Positions 49,960 to 63,475 are shown, numbered from the whole stretch's first letter. The stretch is DNA of 63,994 nucleotides, filler included, from Sphacelaria rigidula (GCA_964200075.2; 4 parts of 4 records of this genome joined end to end with filler, not necessarily neighbours in it); one strand, 5' to 3'. Notes: generated by a model not told the origin, from the sequence alone. Numbers and translations are program-made.

Positions 49960-52900
49960 TACTGGGGTGGGCAGAAGCCCGCCTGTGATCTTAGACCACC
50001 ACCCCAAAGACCATCCAACGACGGCGGAGACTCGAGGCCGAGCCTCTTATCGACAGACAGACGAAGCTGGGAAGATAAGAGGCACAATGATCGCGAGAGT
50101 GGCGTGTGCTCTGTGTCGGAACAACTTCAGCAGCAGCATCCGGCTAAACGCTGAAACAACGGCCTGGATACCGGGGCTAAGCAGCAGCGCAGAAAGCAGT
50201 GGTGACAGCCTAGACAGGGAAATGGAGAGGCTGTACATCGCGTGGATACGCACACAGGGAGTGAGAAAGGAATAGAGTCGGACAGAGCAGGAGAGTTGCA
50301 CTTGCCTGTGATGAGACGAGCAACGGACTAGAAAAAGCCAGAGAGTCCACGATGTCATCAAAACAAAACAAATAAAAAAGGGCAGGAAAAAGAGGAGGAG
50401 GGATCGGGCGAGGCGGAGGCTTGCTGGGAAAGCAGCACGAGTAGCCCGGGCAAGGCAGCGGACTCAACTTGTTAAGGTAGCCACTTATATTGTCATAAGT
50501 CTAGCTGTGAAAAGGGCCGACGGATGGGGCGCGAGACTACGGCATCTTGTACGAGGCTGCGAGGCTCAACATCTCGGTGGTAGGACTGCAGGAGTCAAGG
50601 AGGGCGGGGTGAACAGACTGTATAGCAGCAGGGTTCTGAGTGCTCTGCTGTGGGGGCGGATCAGGTGGACAACACAGTGTGGGAATAGCCGTGAAAGAGG
50701 CGATTTACAATAACGCTACCTATAGCACTGATAACTTTGATGAGCGCCTCACGGAAATGCGGTTCGAAAAATCGGAACAGAGCGGAGCGATCAATTTCGT
50801 AGCTGCGTATGCACCAACTGAAGTCGCCAAGAACGAAACGAAACAAGCGTTCTGGGATGGATTTGACGATCTCGAACAGCGAATGTCGTCGAAGGAATGA
50901 GTGTATGTGTTGATGGGTGCCAACGCGCGGATGGGGGATAAAGTAGCAGAGGACGAAGGGGTCCTAGGCGCCTATGGACGTGATCAGCTGAACGATAACG
51001 GCAAACTACTGCTAACTTTCGCAACCGACAACAAACTAGCCATCATGAACACCTTCTTCAGCACGTGCAAAGGCGGAGTCTCGCACACATTTAACGGTGT
51101 TGCAGGGAATTGCACGAGCGACCTCAAGCGCATAGACGACAAACTCACCCGGTAGGTACACCGAGGTAGAGTGCGCAACGTAGTCGTACACCCCCAACCC
51201 GCACCCCCGGCTAAAGCTGACACGGACCACAACATGGTGGTGGCCACTGTCGGCCTCAGTGGCCGCCTTGCCCACAGCCGCCCAGTGGGAACCAAATCGA
51301 GGCAGCAGCAGCAGCAATCTCGTAGGCAGAAGCTGCAGACCGAAGTGGCACGGTGGCACGTAACCGAGAGGTTCCTACATGACCTCGGCGAGCAAAAATA
51401 CCAGCCGATCACCCCCGCACCGGTGACCGAGAAGAAATTTACCGAAGCTATATCTTCGAAGCAGCGCAGACAGTCCGGAAGAGGCACGGATATCACGTAT
51501 GCCGGAATGTTGAACCCCGACACGAGAGCAATAGTGGAGGCAGCGCTCGCCAAACGACGGGAGGCACGCCGAATGATGAAGGAAACGGACCGCAGCAGCG
51601 TGGGAAGCACCCAGAGCCGCGTGTAAGAGCGTACGTACAGCGATAGAGGATGGCATCCATGCACATCCGGAGAGGTATGTGGCTGGGCCAGAAGCGATCT
51701 ACAAGGATCGCGACATGAAAGGCCTGTACAAACACCTTGATAAGAGATCGGTGAGTCTTGGTGGAAGGCAACCCGGGGGGCAGCAGTTCATCAACTACGA
51801 GACCGGCCTTCTGCCGAGGAACACAATTGCCATCCTTAAACGGTGGGCGAGATTTTTCCGCACCCTGCTCAACACCAAATCGCCCACGCTGAACCCAGCC
51901 ATCATCGAGGAGGTGCAGCAGCGACCGGCAGCTTCAGCCATCGGTGATTCGGTATCGCTTGGGGCAGCACCAAAACTGGAGGAGACCAGACGAGCAGTTT
52001 GGGGATGCACAATTGGAAAGCGCCAGGACACGACTCCCTCCCTATAGAACTACTCACGATCGATGGCCGAGCCGAGCCCGTCGTTATCGAACGCTCCCAT
52101 GCCACCCTCGTCGAGGTCTTGAACGGAGACGAGGTCCCGCGGGAGTGGGAACATGCTACCGTCAAAGTGCTCTGCAAGAAATCAGACAGCTCCGACTGTA
52201 ACAACTATCGGGGAATGTCATTGGTGTCACAAGTAGGGGAAGTGCTCTTGAAGATAGTGGCCAACCCCCTCAGCGACTGTTGCAAAGCACACGGGATACT
52301 GCCGCAGCAACAGTTCGGTTTCCGACCTGATCGATCCACCGTCGACATGTTGTCCGTAGTGCGCCGACTGCAGGACCTGGGACGACGACGGGGAATACCA
52401 CTACACATGTGCTTTGTCGACCTCCAAAAGGCCGGTGCTTCGGTCGACCGAGAGTTTCCATGGCACGTACTTGCCCAAGCTAGAATTCCGGATGGAGATG
52501 ATAGCCGTTATGCGCCAATTCCACGACGGCACGCCCGCCCGCGGACGCATGGGCGACCGGGAGCTCTCAGAGTGATTCGAGATCACCCAAGGAATACGGC
52601 AAAGGTGGGTGCTGTCTCCGCTGCTGTTCAATATCTTTTTCGCTGCGGTGCTCGAGATAGTTCTCGTGCTATTCAGCGAGGGCAACATCATCCTCAAGGA
52701 CATGGTATACCTCGACGTGGAGACGGTGAGGGAGACGGAAACACCTCTGGAACGCGTACGGAGAGCGGTGTGGGGAATGGTTTATGCCGACGACGCGGCC
52801 ATCATCTTGAGGTCCCCTATCGACCTGGTGAGGATGATGACCGTTATAGTACGCGTGTTCGGAGCCTTCGGACTGACAGTGTCGGAGGAGAAGCCAGAGA

Positions 52901-54321
52901 CTCTACTGATGGGAGCACCGAAAAAATCGCCATAGAAGGGGGAGCCACCAACACCACCCCCACCACCACTGGTCATCGAAAGAGCGGGCCAGAAGTACGC
53001 ACAAACCACGAATTTCCGATGCTTCGGTGGGCTCGTCACCGAAGATAGCGAGCTCATACAAGAGATCAACAACCGGAGCAGAGCCGCGTGGGCGTACATC
53101 AGAACGTTTCCTGAGAGCTCTTTGACCGATCGCAAGCAAAGTGGGAACTCGACGTTCGACTGCTGAAGGCAGAGGCGATGGAGGCCCTACCGTACGAATG
53201 TAGGACGTGGGCCCCGCGCAGCGAGCACTCCCGGTTGCTAAATACGGTACACTACCGGCTCCTTCTGCGAGCTATCGGGTAAAGCCGAGTGCGCGGCACA
53301 TACCGACAGTTGTCAAACGCCCAGGCCCTCAAGAAGACCGGATGCCAAAATGCTGAAGCCATCGTCCGGCAACAGCAACTAGTGTTCGCCGGAGCCCTGG
53401 CTGGAAAACCGAAGAGACGACTCCCGAAGCGACTGGAATTCGGAACACTCGTGGGGGGGGGGGATCCAGGACCAGGGTGCCCGAAGCAAAACTGGCTGAA
53501 GTGCCTGCGGGACGATTTTCAAGCTTTCGGGGCCTCGGAGGACTCTACGGACCTTTGGCCTTCAGTAGCGAAGAGGGAAGGGGGGATACCATCGCACGCG
53601 GGGGTGCTGCGGGGAGCGGAGAGGTTCATGACCTCTTCGCACAAGATCGAGGAAGAGGCCAGCCGACAACGTGCGCTTAAACCGGAGAATTGAGGAAAGG
53701 AGGGAGAAGATGGAAGAATGCGCAACCAGCGTGTACCGAACTGAAAATGGCGGAAGTGACAGGACCCCCATCATCTCCCCTTACACTCTTCTGCTAACTG
53801 CTGACTCCAACGCACCCCTCCCCCCGAGGTGGTGTGTGTTGTTATGTGATGATCTTCCGGTGATGCCTGGTATATTCGTACGCATAGCTGCCACTCTAGA
53901 GGTACAATGTTAGAACCTAGCCACTCGTATCGCTTTGGCTGGTGAGCGTGGCTATCGAGTTCGGCTCCCATCCTGTTTGGCCTCGCGTGTTGAGTGGACC
54001 AATGGGCCCCTGCCTCCAGTAGTCCGAACGGTCGCCTACAATATCGGAACTTGGAGAGCCAGCAGTAGTCCTTTTTCCTTCATCTTTTTTCTTCTTTCTA
54101 ATATTTTTATTTTATTTGTTTTCAATTATTTTGTATTGCATCTGTGTGAGTTGTTTCTGGGTCCGATGTACCTCTTATTTCATTTTACCCTAGCTTAGGG
54201 GTAGTTAGCCTGGGACCACGGCAGGCGTCCGCATCAGATGCTCAGTACAGAGTACTACGCAGATATCGGAACGTTTTTTTTAGACGAAGACAACAACAAC
54301 AACAACAACAGCAACAACAAC
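49960..54321 (+). mobile_element. Near full-length decayed RTE-clade LINE (APE endonuclease + RT + 3' UTR + (CAA)n tail)
   Basis: APE: VAAYAPTE, LMGANARMG, NDNGKLLL, AIMNTFF, RIDD, TDHNMV. RT: KAPGHD, NYRGMSLVS, QFGFRPDRSTVD, FVDLQKA, QGIRQ..VLSPLLFNIF, YADD (52783-52794). Multiple frameshifts and stops; 5' boundary approximate. Confidence 0.93.
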
Positions 54322-54814
54322 GTTCACCTTACGTTTCGCTCGACACGTGAAAAAAATAACGTTACGGTAAAAACGTTTTCGTGAGATTGAGCGTATAGCG
54401 CTCGTTGAGAGTGGCTTTGATCATTAGCTCTTACTTGGCCAATGTTTTATTCCGTGTGTGCTTTTCTTTGCCTGTATCACTGGCGTGTGCTTACAGCTAC
54501 ACGTCGATATCCTACTCAGGGATATCAAGGGTCTCAGTGGCAAGCTACTACAGAAAGTATATATTCGACCTCGTGGAGGAAAATTTCGGAAGTGAATCGA
54601 TTCATCAACCATTTGACCACTTTTCAATCTCAATCGCATCCTCCACTCTCAATATCACGACAACATTGTTGTTGACGTTTGATTTGAAATATAACGTCAC
54701 GTTCGCGTTACGTTCATCATGTAGAAAACCTTCAACGCTCATGTTACATTTTTGCCAAAACGTAACGGGAACGTAACGTGTAACGTTGTGGCACGTGCAA
54801 CATGTAGACCCCTG
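54322..54814. mobile_element. Right end of a hAT-like element related to 19554-25490
   Basis: GTAACG/CGTTAC arrays and terminus ...CATGTAGACCCCTG (= CAGGGGTCTACA, compare TAGGGGTATACA). The left part is not seen, as it abuts the LINE tail. Confidence 0.6.
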
Positions 54815-56014
54815 ATGGTAATGGGCCTAACGAGTAGCACCGCCGGTGTAAAACCTAACAAAGTAATTGTGACATTCAGAATCAGTGAACAAAAAAATGA
54901 GCGAGTCTTCCTTCCAAGCAATCGTGACATCTCGAAATGTTCAACGTGCGCGTAATTTTCACCTCTAAGCATAACAAAAAATGAAAAGACGTAAAAAAAG
55001 TATAAGCTTGAAACTAATCTGAGATAATCAATCAATCTGTGTACCGTGGAAATACCAAGGCAACACCCCCCAAAACAAAATTAATAAAATGCACCCCACC
55101 TACCCGGCAAATACCCCGAGGTTTGTAATTATAAAACTGAACCCTCTAGGCCCGCAAAGAGGTTCTCGGTCTCAGCGAGACTGCCAGCCCCACTAAAGAT
55201 ACACACATCGTTGTCGATTTTCAGCCCGTAGACCGTGGTGCGGGTAGTCCATCTGGATCATGCATACGTCTTTCAAGTGAAGGATGATGCCGATGTAGCA
55301 GGTGACCTACCCTCGCGGTCGAAGGTTTAAATCGCCAGAACGGAAATCATGCCTTTACGCCTCGCAACCACAGCTGAGGTTCCGCGGCGTTTTCCGTGCT
55401 GTGACGCCTGTCGAAACCCCACAGTAGGAGTACATCGCTCCCGAGTGAAGAGAGCGGTGGCCGAGCAGGACACACCCAACCAGAGTGCAGCAGCTGCATA
55501 CCCCCGTGCTTGCTAGAGATACTGCAGTGTAGGTCTACGCCGTAGCGGTTGCAATCGGTTGAAAACATGAAGGGTGGCGTTTCCGAAGGTACTGCGTACT
55601 CACGACGTCCTTGCAGCATACCTATCTATATTACATGCGGTGTGCTGCACACCTCGGCAGCAACAATGCAGACGTATTGAAGAAATAGAACAGGTAAAGT
55701 AGAGTTTGCTCAGCGACGTACCCGCGGTCGGCGGTTGGTTACCATTCTTGGAGGTACTGGAGCACACAGGACAATCGAAGAAAAACCGTACGGTGAATCT
55801 CGGTGTATAACATCCCCGACCATAACAACCTCCCAGTAGCGTACTTGTATATTTTAGATGACAGTGTGTGGCGGTTGACCAAAACACACCCTTGGTGGCA
55901 ATGTTACAGACTGCGGCAGAATTTGCTCAGCGAAATACACGGCCGGCCCGCGGTTGTCATTTTCAATCTAGTGTAGCACACAGTACTGTTAATAACAGTT
56001 TTACACAGGCACCG

Positions 56015-56382
56015 TAGGTAAGGTAGGTACCCGGTACCGGTATTTGGGACATCTCATACCCTACCGATCAATACCGGTCCGATCGGGTATTTTCATATGT
56101 CATACCCGTACCCACGATACCACGTTATTTCGAGATGTCAATATCTACCGTACCCGCTCGATCGGGTATTTTCAAAACTCACACCTACGATACCCAAGAG
56201 ATTTTGAGATTTCAATACCTGCCGTACTTACGATACCTACGATACCACAGTATTTCGATATACAAATACCTATAGAGTCCCCGCTCAATCGGGTATTTTC
56301 AAAACTCACACCTACGATACCTACGCATACCACGGTATGGGATACCCCGCTGAATACCGGGGGTATACCCGGTAAATACCGG
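56015..56382. repeat. TACC/GGTA-rich MITE-like repeat
   Basis: Exact duplication of ATCGGGTATTTTCAAAACTCACACCTACGATACC at 56161 and 56288, plus many GATACC/TACCCG motifs. Confidence 0.6.
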
Positions 56383-57384
56383 ACGCAATGCACTCCTCAC
56401 ACGGTGCAGCAACTGGTCCCAACCTATTATGCAAAGGCCAGAAGTTGTCGGAGCAGGTACGTCTTTTTTTCACAAGTAATATGTACTGATGCTTCCCCTG
56501 ATTTTCGTGTTCGGATCAATTCGAATGAACTTATTATAATGTAGTCTGAAGTGCGGTCGATATTTTTGTTTCTCAATCTGATATGTCCACTATATTTCTT
56601 TTTAAAAGGCTTCAACTCAAATTTGTAAACCGTGACGCGCGGAATATCACGGCACCAGGGCCACCCTTGTGATAAAAACCTCATTCTGGGGCAGGAGGAG
56701 GAGGGGAGGGGGGAGTACCCCGATTTTGTTGGGGGTTCCCCCCTGGTCGTTGGGCAGTGGCGATAGGACTCGCTGTACTGCGATAATGAAAATAAATAAT
56801 GATGATGACAAAATAACGATAATAATAGGGGCAATGACCTAGAAAAGGTATACCTTCTCGTTTTTTGCCGAAGGAAGATACGAAAAATGGCCAGACACGC
56901 GAAGAATCCCCGGGGGGTCAGTTACAGTGCGACAATCAATCAATCAATCAAACGCGAAAACAGCTAAAACGCCATCTTGACCGTTTTCGCTCCGAATTTT
57001 TCACGCGCATCATTCGGGGAGGCCAATGGCAACCGGGCCTCGGACGAAAACGGGAATAAAAAACGTGATACTCGAGATATATGGTTACACGAAAACAGAC
57101 ATTTCGCCTCCAGAAACCGCTTATCTTTTGTAGGCCAAATTTCGCCCGGGTATACCTGATCTAGGAATTATTTTTCAATCGTACCTCATCTGGGCCACCG
57201 ATCGGCCGAGAGCGTACCTGTGAAAGCCTTCTGGGAATATAAATGCGGTGTACCTATCAGATCGGCGAAAAACAATTCGATAAAAAAAAAAAGTGCTAAG
57301 ACACGCCCTAAAGCCCGCGACGCACGGAGATTTTTAGATTTTCTAGCTCTCGAAAGTCGGGCTGCTCAAAGCGGAAGTGGTGAA

Positions 57385-58213
57385 AGGTTCGTTGTACAGA
57401 TGTGCCACATGGGCGTTACGTCCTGAAGACTTCGACAGTCTCCGCATTGCTCACATCAAGCGTTTGCAACGAGTGGTTAGACTCAACTGGAAAGATGGAG
57501 GCGGCTACAAGACTCCTTGGTACAGACCTGTGCTTGAGATGACAGTCTGCGGACGTGTCGAGACAGCTTTTCACAAGCGTCGGGTCTGCTTCGCGCGGGC
57601 CCTTTTCCGCCCGGACGGTTAGCCGCACAAGGCCCAAGGAGGCTGGCCGCCCGCCAAATACCGGGGGGACAACCTCCAGGAGAGTCTACGTGTGCTGGGG
57701 TATTTTCCACCCAATGGCACGGGACGGAAATGGTTTGTCTACGTGGTAAAAGGTCAAGACGCACACGATTGGGTCACTGCGGCGAAGAACATGGGGTCGA
57801 GGAGGGAGCTGAACTTCGAGGACACGTGGCGACGCGAACGCAGACGAGAATTAGACCGCCACCACAAACGAGAGGCCGCTGCGTCGAGAGCCGCCAATCG
57901 GAGATCTGCTCTCGCTAGCATACCAGCAGCAACAGCTCGGGAGCCCGCTTTGTACCCAACTGGAGATGAATGGGAGAAAGTGGGCCAACACTTGAACTGA
58001 TGTACCCCTTTCTTCTTTTATCACTTGTTGTTTTTGTCCTTGGTCGGTGGTTTTCCGATACTTCCTGGTGCGTGTGCGTTCTTTTCTATTGAACTCCTCC
58101 CCTCCTGTATTCTCCACACTTCCATTGTTTTATTTTTGCTTCATCTCGAGTACGTCTATGATGTGACTACGGCTGGATCTCTGGGGGATCAGTCAAGGCA
58201 CAATAACCCATCA
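57385..58213 (+). mobile_element. 5'-truncated RTE-like LINE (second family), C-terminal remnant and 3' UTR
   Basis: LYRCATWALRPEDFDSLRIAHIKRLQRVV...VETAFHKRRVCFARAL parallels the post-RT region at 53185-53400. Tail shared with 18645-18737. Confidence 0.75.
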
Positions 58214-58802
58214 AAAGATCAGTTAGCTACGTGATACGCGTTGCGCAGTGCATCTACGCGATGCTGAGCAGGACATGACGCGGTGCGCTTCATGCCGGTC
58301 TTGTGCGGGGTAAGCACTGCCATCTGAAATGAGATTCCTATCCCAAAGGAAGTTTCTGCGGGTTTCGCGCCTGCAGGTGTGAACCTCCGAAGTTATGGTG
58401 TTGTGAACTCGAAACCTATGAAGCCAGCAGGATGAACTATCGAAACTTGACGTTTCCAAACTGAGAGCAGGATGGATGAGTGCGTGCGGCTCGAGCTCCC
58501 CCGAGCCACCTCAGTCATATGCCTGAAGAAAACAATACACATGAGAAGAACACGCCAGTATCGTTGATCGGCACTGCATCACAGTCAAGTAGGATACGCC
58601 AGGTACTCCAGATTGCTAGAGTTTTTTTCAGGTACTCCGGATTACCCGAAGTATACTGCCTTCTCCGAAGTACGCGCAGAATATCCCAGAGTATGTGCAC
58701 ACCTCGTTACACGTACCCGGACTCCACTTAGCCCAAGAATCTTGACAACGTATTCACCCCTGTGTCCCGCGTATACAAACAAAACCAAACCAAACCAAAC
58801 AG

Positions 58803-59070
58803 GCGAGTCAGAGGATGGAACGCGCGTAAAACATGTCGAGGTGCAGGAGAGGGGTGAGCCGAAAAGTGGAACGGGATTCATGTTCGAGTGGGCGGGTGGC
58901 ATGCTTATTCACACGTGCGACTACTTGAACACGGTCTTCGGGGAATCCAGTTGTGCCATCGATTATGACCTAAGCCACGACAACCTTCAAGATCTCAAGT
59001 ACATGCACCTCGAATTCGAGCCGGACAAAGCGGGAGCGGATACCACCCGTTGCGCCTGTGACATTGACAG
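58803..59070 (+). CDS. Sulfotransferase gene, exon carrying the 5'-PSB loop
   Basis: Acceptor ccaaacag|GC (phase 1), GEPKSGT (58853-58873), donor GACAG|gtgatc (phase 2). Confidence 0.85.
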
Positions 59071-59306
59071 GTGATCGTGTGGTCAACGAGCCTTCTTTCA
59101 TGTTGCATGGTTGGCCTCTCTAGCTGTTGGTTCACGAGGTAGGTACGCATTGTAAATATGCTGCTTGTAGAACTCACCATCTTTTTGCGTCGATTATCGT
59201 GGTCAATGCTCGTACCTGGGCTAATCCTTCATCCTCCTCCCCCCCGCGTGATGATCGCCGGCACGCTCTCACCCCGACCGTGGGCAACTTCACGGCAACA
59301 CCTCAG

Positions 59307-59880
59307 AGTCGTGATCGAGATCGCCAGTGGGAGCAAACACAGGCTACCCCTCGACACTGAAACATGTCCTCTGTCGCACAGCGCCGGAATGGTGCATAGC
59401 CCTGGTAACGTGTGCAAGTTTTCCGATGCACGCGTTCCTGAGGACAGTACGGGTCTGTATCACTGCATGAAAGAAGCGTTGACAGAATGTACCGTGGCGG
59501 ACACCAAGCTACAAATGGTGTCCATACGGAACCCCTTGGCCATGGCTGTGAGTACCTTCTTCTTCGAACAGACTAGGAAGTCACCTCGTGAAGAATCGAC
59601 CTTGGCAGCCGACAAAGACGGTGGTTCAAGTGTGGGGCCTGTGGGGCTCGATGTACAGCAGCAGGAAGACGAACAACAGATGAAGGACCTGGGGGAGTAC
59701 GTATCGAGAATGCTACCGACCCTGAGTGAGTGGGTGGCCATTCGGTTCATGTTGTTCTCGGCAGTGATGTCCAACCAATCGAGATTGTTCTGGTACGACG
59801 AAGCGCTGGCCAACCCCTTGGCGTGGCATCTACATTGGCTCAACTTTATTGGACTGCAACTTCCATCTTCGGTGGTGGAG
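59307..59880 (+). CDS. Sulfotransferase gene, exon carrying the 3'-PB motif; flanking exons not located
   Basis: Acceptor cacctcag|A (phase 2), SKHRLP, IRNPLAMAVS (R at 59527), FWYDEALANP...LNFIGL, donor GAG|gtaagt. Confidence 0.88.
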
Positions 59881-61429
59881 GTAAGTTTGGTCGCTTTCGT
59901 GTCGGATTATTCGCAGATATTCTCACATCGTCCCCTTGCTCTTCCGATTATGTGTTTCAAACCAATTCCGCACGTGTGAATGGTTCAACCACTCCATCAA
60001 CAAGAAGCGGTCCCCATTTGTTTGAGTCAGAACGCCACCTTAGACGTCGGCTCGCAGCTGGTTCGCCAGTTGATAGTCCCGGGCTTCGAAGATTGCGGGC
60101 AAGAGAAAAGGAAGGTTCCCGGGGCCACAATGCCTGTTTCCAGACATTCTTCTCCAGCGGCAGACCCACATGTATGTAGCAATACATAATACACCAATTT
60201 TACATTTCCCGGTAATTTTGAAGTTGCCATAGTAAACTGGAATTACCGTCTCTATCCAAAACGGGAAATTCAATCCCAATTCCACGGAAACTAATGCCAC
60301 GCAAATATCGCGATTCCCGTGATTTCTCGTTACCGCGGTATCGATTGCCGCGAAAGTAAAAAATTACCTAATGCCGTACAGAAATGTAGTTAACATTATC
60401 GGATTAAGGCAATATGCCTCCATCGGTAAGTAGACAGAGGTAGTTCGTCACCCTACGTACGTGTTTCTTCTTTTTCTTGCTTTTCCGCACCTATTCGTAC
60501 TTGTCCTTTTTTTTCTTCCCTCTATTATCCACACCCTGGACAATGGACGGCATCTATTGCGATAGCAATAGAATCTGCTGCAGTAGATGCCAATATTGTC
60601 GTCCGTAATGGCCATCGATAGGTTTTCCCACGCGTGTACTACTGGAGGAATGAATGGTTATTGTGTGCGTTGTCCAGAATGTGCTAAAACGCCCCTGAGA
60701 CACCAAAGTAGCAAAAACATAACACGCTCAAGGAGTTGAAGATTTTTTTTATCATGCCCTAGCGATCCTCCACACCAAATTCCCGAGCAGGAAAACCTCA
60801 AAATGGAGATCTCATCATGGAGGTGCGACATCTGGATTCAGTGCACTTAGTGCCTCTGCTTGTGATATTTTGTGTTGAGCATGGCATCGTTTACGCGCCA
60901 TATCTCTGGAGATATGAACGAATGAGGTGAATATGAAGGTATCGATCGTTTCCAGGTGCCCCACTGAATGTTCACACCAAAAGTCATCCGCTGAATGAAT
61001 CATTCGGTGTTCCATATAGACTTAAAATAGACCCCATATTTTCGTCCCCTCGTCCTGAAAAATCTGTTTTGGAATTCAGTTCGTGTTCAAAAATCCTACA
61101 GGCTTTTCCCTCAGACGTACTTTAAAACGTCGCCTACTCCCAGCGACGGCATACCTCGTACCATGCACCTTCAGAGGTCACGGACCTAATGCACTGATTT
61201 CTCCAAGGTGGGGCCCAAAGGTAGTAAGGTAGACATTATGAGCACATACCGTATCGCCTTCCAAGCTTCTCGCCCGCTCTTCCCTACCGTAGTCTCTCCT
61301 CACCAACGTCAATTCATCCTCGCCTCATGCGTGTGAAAATGCTAGGTCGTCCTTCCCACACCCAGTTGCAATGACTCGTCGATGCTGCAGGTTCTGTACA
61401 ACGACACCTAGTGTCTACCCTTTAAATCC

Positions 61430-61865
61430 CCAGAAATCACACATCAAACGCTTCCACGACCACGATAAAACTTGCCGAATTCCGCTTTTAATCTAACCGC
61501 ATGTTACCTTATCAGCATGCACCCTCCTTGCGCTCATAACTCCCCGGCGATACACCATCAACATTTCCCCGAAAAATCCCATTGCACTGGTCTCCACATA
61601 TGCCACAAAAAAACGCCCTTCACTTGCGAAAAACTACAGTACAGTACGTGAACATAACTCACGATGACAGCATCTACCCTAAACAAATTTCCACGTTTTC
61701 TCGGCTATCTCACATCAAACGCAGACGTCAAACCCGTGGAGGAACCACGATTAAAGTTCCCGAATTCCGCTAATAGTCTTAACGCACGTGACCTCTGCAG
61801 CAGGCATCCTCCAAGCGCCCATACTTTGCCACAGATACCCCATCAATAAATCCCATAAACCTCAA
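61430..61865. repeat. Diverged direct duplication (~270-290-bp offset)
   Basis: CACATCAAACGC...ACCACGAT...CCGAATTCCGCT...GATAC-CCATCAA at ~61440-61560 and ~61711-61846. Confidence 0.7.
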
Positions 61866-63080
61866 AACGTAGTAGTCTCCGCATATTATGCCACCTTAAC
61901 ACGCGTTACAATTCCACAAAATTACGATACGGTACCCGACCATACCTCTCCAACACAGAATTCACCGTCCAGACCCCCATGATTCCCCGGCCCTCTCACA
62001 AGATGTCCAGCGACCATCCACGATATTACCAATTCCCAATTTCCGCAAATGATCTTACCGCACCTCACCTCTGCACCATTCGCCCTCTCTTCGCCCTTCA
62101 TTCGCCGCCGATATCTCATCGAAATTTCCCGGAAAGATCCCATCGAACTCGTCTCCACCTAGCCTACCACACCGCACATTACCATTACCTCGTTCCATCG
62201 ACGAACCACCATTCTACTTACCCTTTTTCGCTGAATATCTTACAACGCCTCACCCCTTTACCATGCAATATCGACACGCCCATCTTTTCGGCGATACCCC
62301 CTCAATGTCTATACTTGCACCATTTCCTTGCCAATCAACGGACGACCCGTCAACCACTCACTGCGTGGCGATCTCACATCTCATGGCGTCACAACCACCA
62401 CTGCATCCCCTCCCTCCTGCAATCATTATATCACCGGTTCCAACATCATCTACACGTTATCACTACGGCGTTCTGCTTTTTAGTATATGTCGGCCCCAGC
62501 AATCCATATATTGGTCCCCAACAAAACTTGTAGTTGTGGAATATGGGTTCGCTGTGAGGGAGGCGCTCAAGAATCAGGGTATCGGTACCTGCGCAACAGG
62601 GTGGAAGACGTGGTACCTCGATAAACGTGGGTTTTGTCGGCCTGTGATCCTGACGACGCGTCGGTGACTCTACGATGCCTCTATCCTTTCTCGCCATTTC
62701 TAATGTCGTAAGGAGGCTTCTTGTACCCTACTTTTCTCATCTTGACCACTCTTGGAATTAATCGTGTTTGCGTTTTGCCTTTTGCGTACTCCTTATTCTC
62801 TGTGGTGCTTTCCTTCTTTTTTTCTCTTCCCTCACACCCGCTTAGTGCTTCACGTTCAACCTCATGTCGCTTATTTCTCACAACCTATTACTTCCGCACT
62901 ACTAATTTTCTTGTCGTTTTTTTTCCGTTCTTCATTTCCCTCGTACGGGTATATCGCATCCCTGTGTCGAACCGGTATCTCGCGTGTTCCTCATACCGTA
63001 CGACTTCTCTCGCACTTCTTGTTTTTCGTTTTTTCTTCCATATGCAAAAATTGCCGAGTTATTTTTCGATCCATATGGTC

Positions 63081-63475
63081 TTTCCCTTATCCAAGAAATA
63101 AATCTTTCCCTTATCCAAAAATAAATCCAACCTACCGTCCGATCATCTAACCATCCATCTTCATTCAACATTTCATTAATTAATTGATTAATTTATATAT
63201 ATATATACTCTTACTGAGTGACTTACGGAAACAACCATCCAGTCATCCATCCTCATTCAACCTTTAATTAATTAATTAATTGAATAACTTTATATATTCT
63301 TATTGATAATAATATAATATAGAATATATTATATAATATATAAATTTCCATCTTTACCTTATCCAAAACAAAATATTTCCCTTTTCCAAAAAATAAATTC
63401 AACCTACCATCCAATCATCGAACCATCCATCCTCATTCAACCTTTCATTAATTAATTATTTAATTAATTAATATA
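63081..63475. repeat. AT-rich tandem repeat
   Basis: CCTTATCCAA...CCAAAAATAAAT-CAACCTACC-TCC-ATCATC-AACCATCCATC-TCATTCAAC-TTTCATTAATTAATT occurs twice (~63085, ~63357), with a partial third copy (~63233). Confidence 0.8.

Noticed and set aside
55620..55693. Upstream exon of the sulfotransferase ending at GAACAG|gtaaag
   Set aside because: The phase-1 frame required by the 58803 acceptor contains a TGA just upstream.
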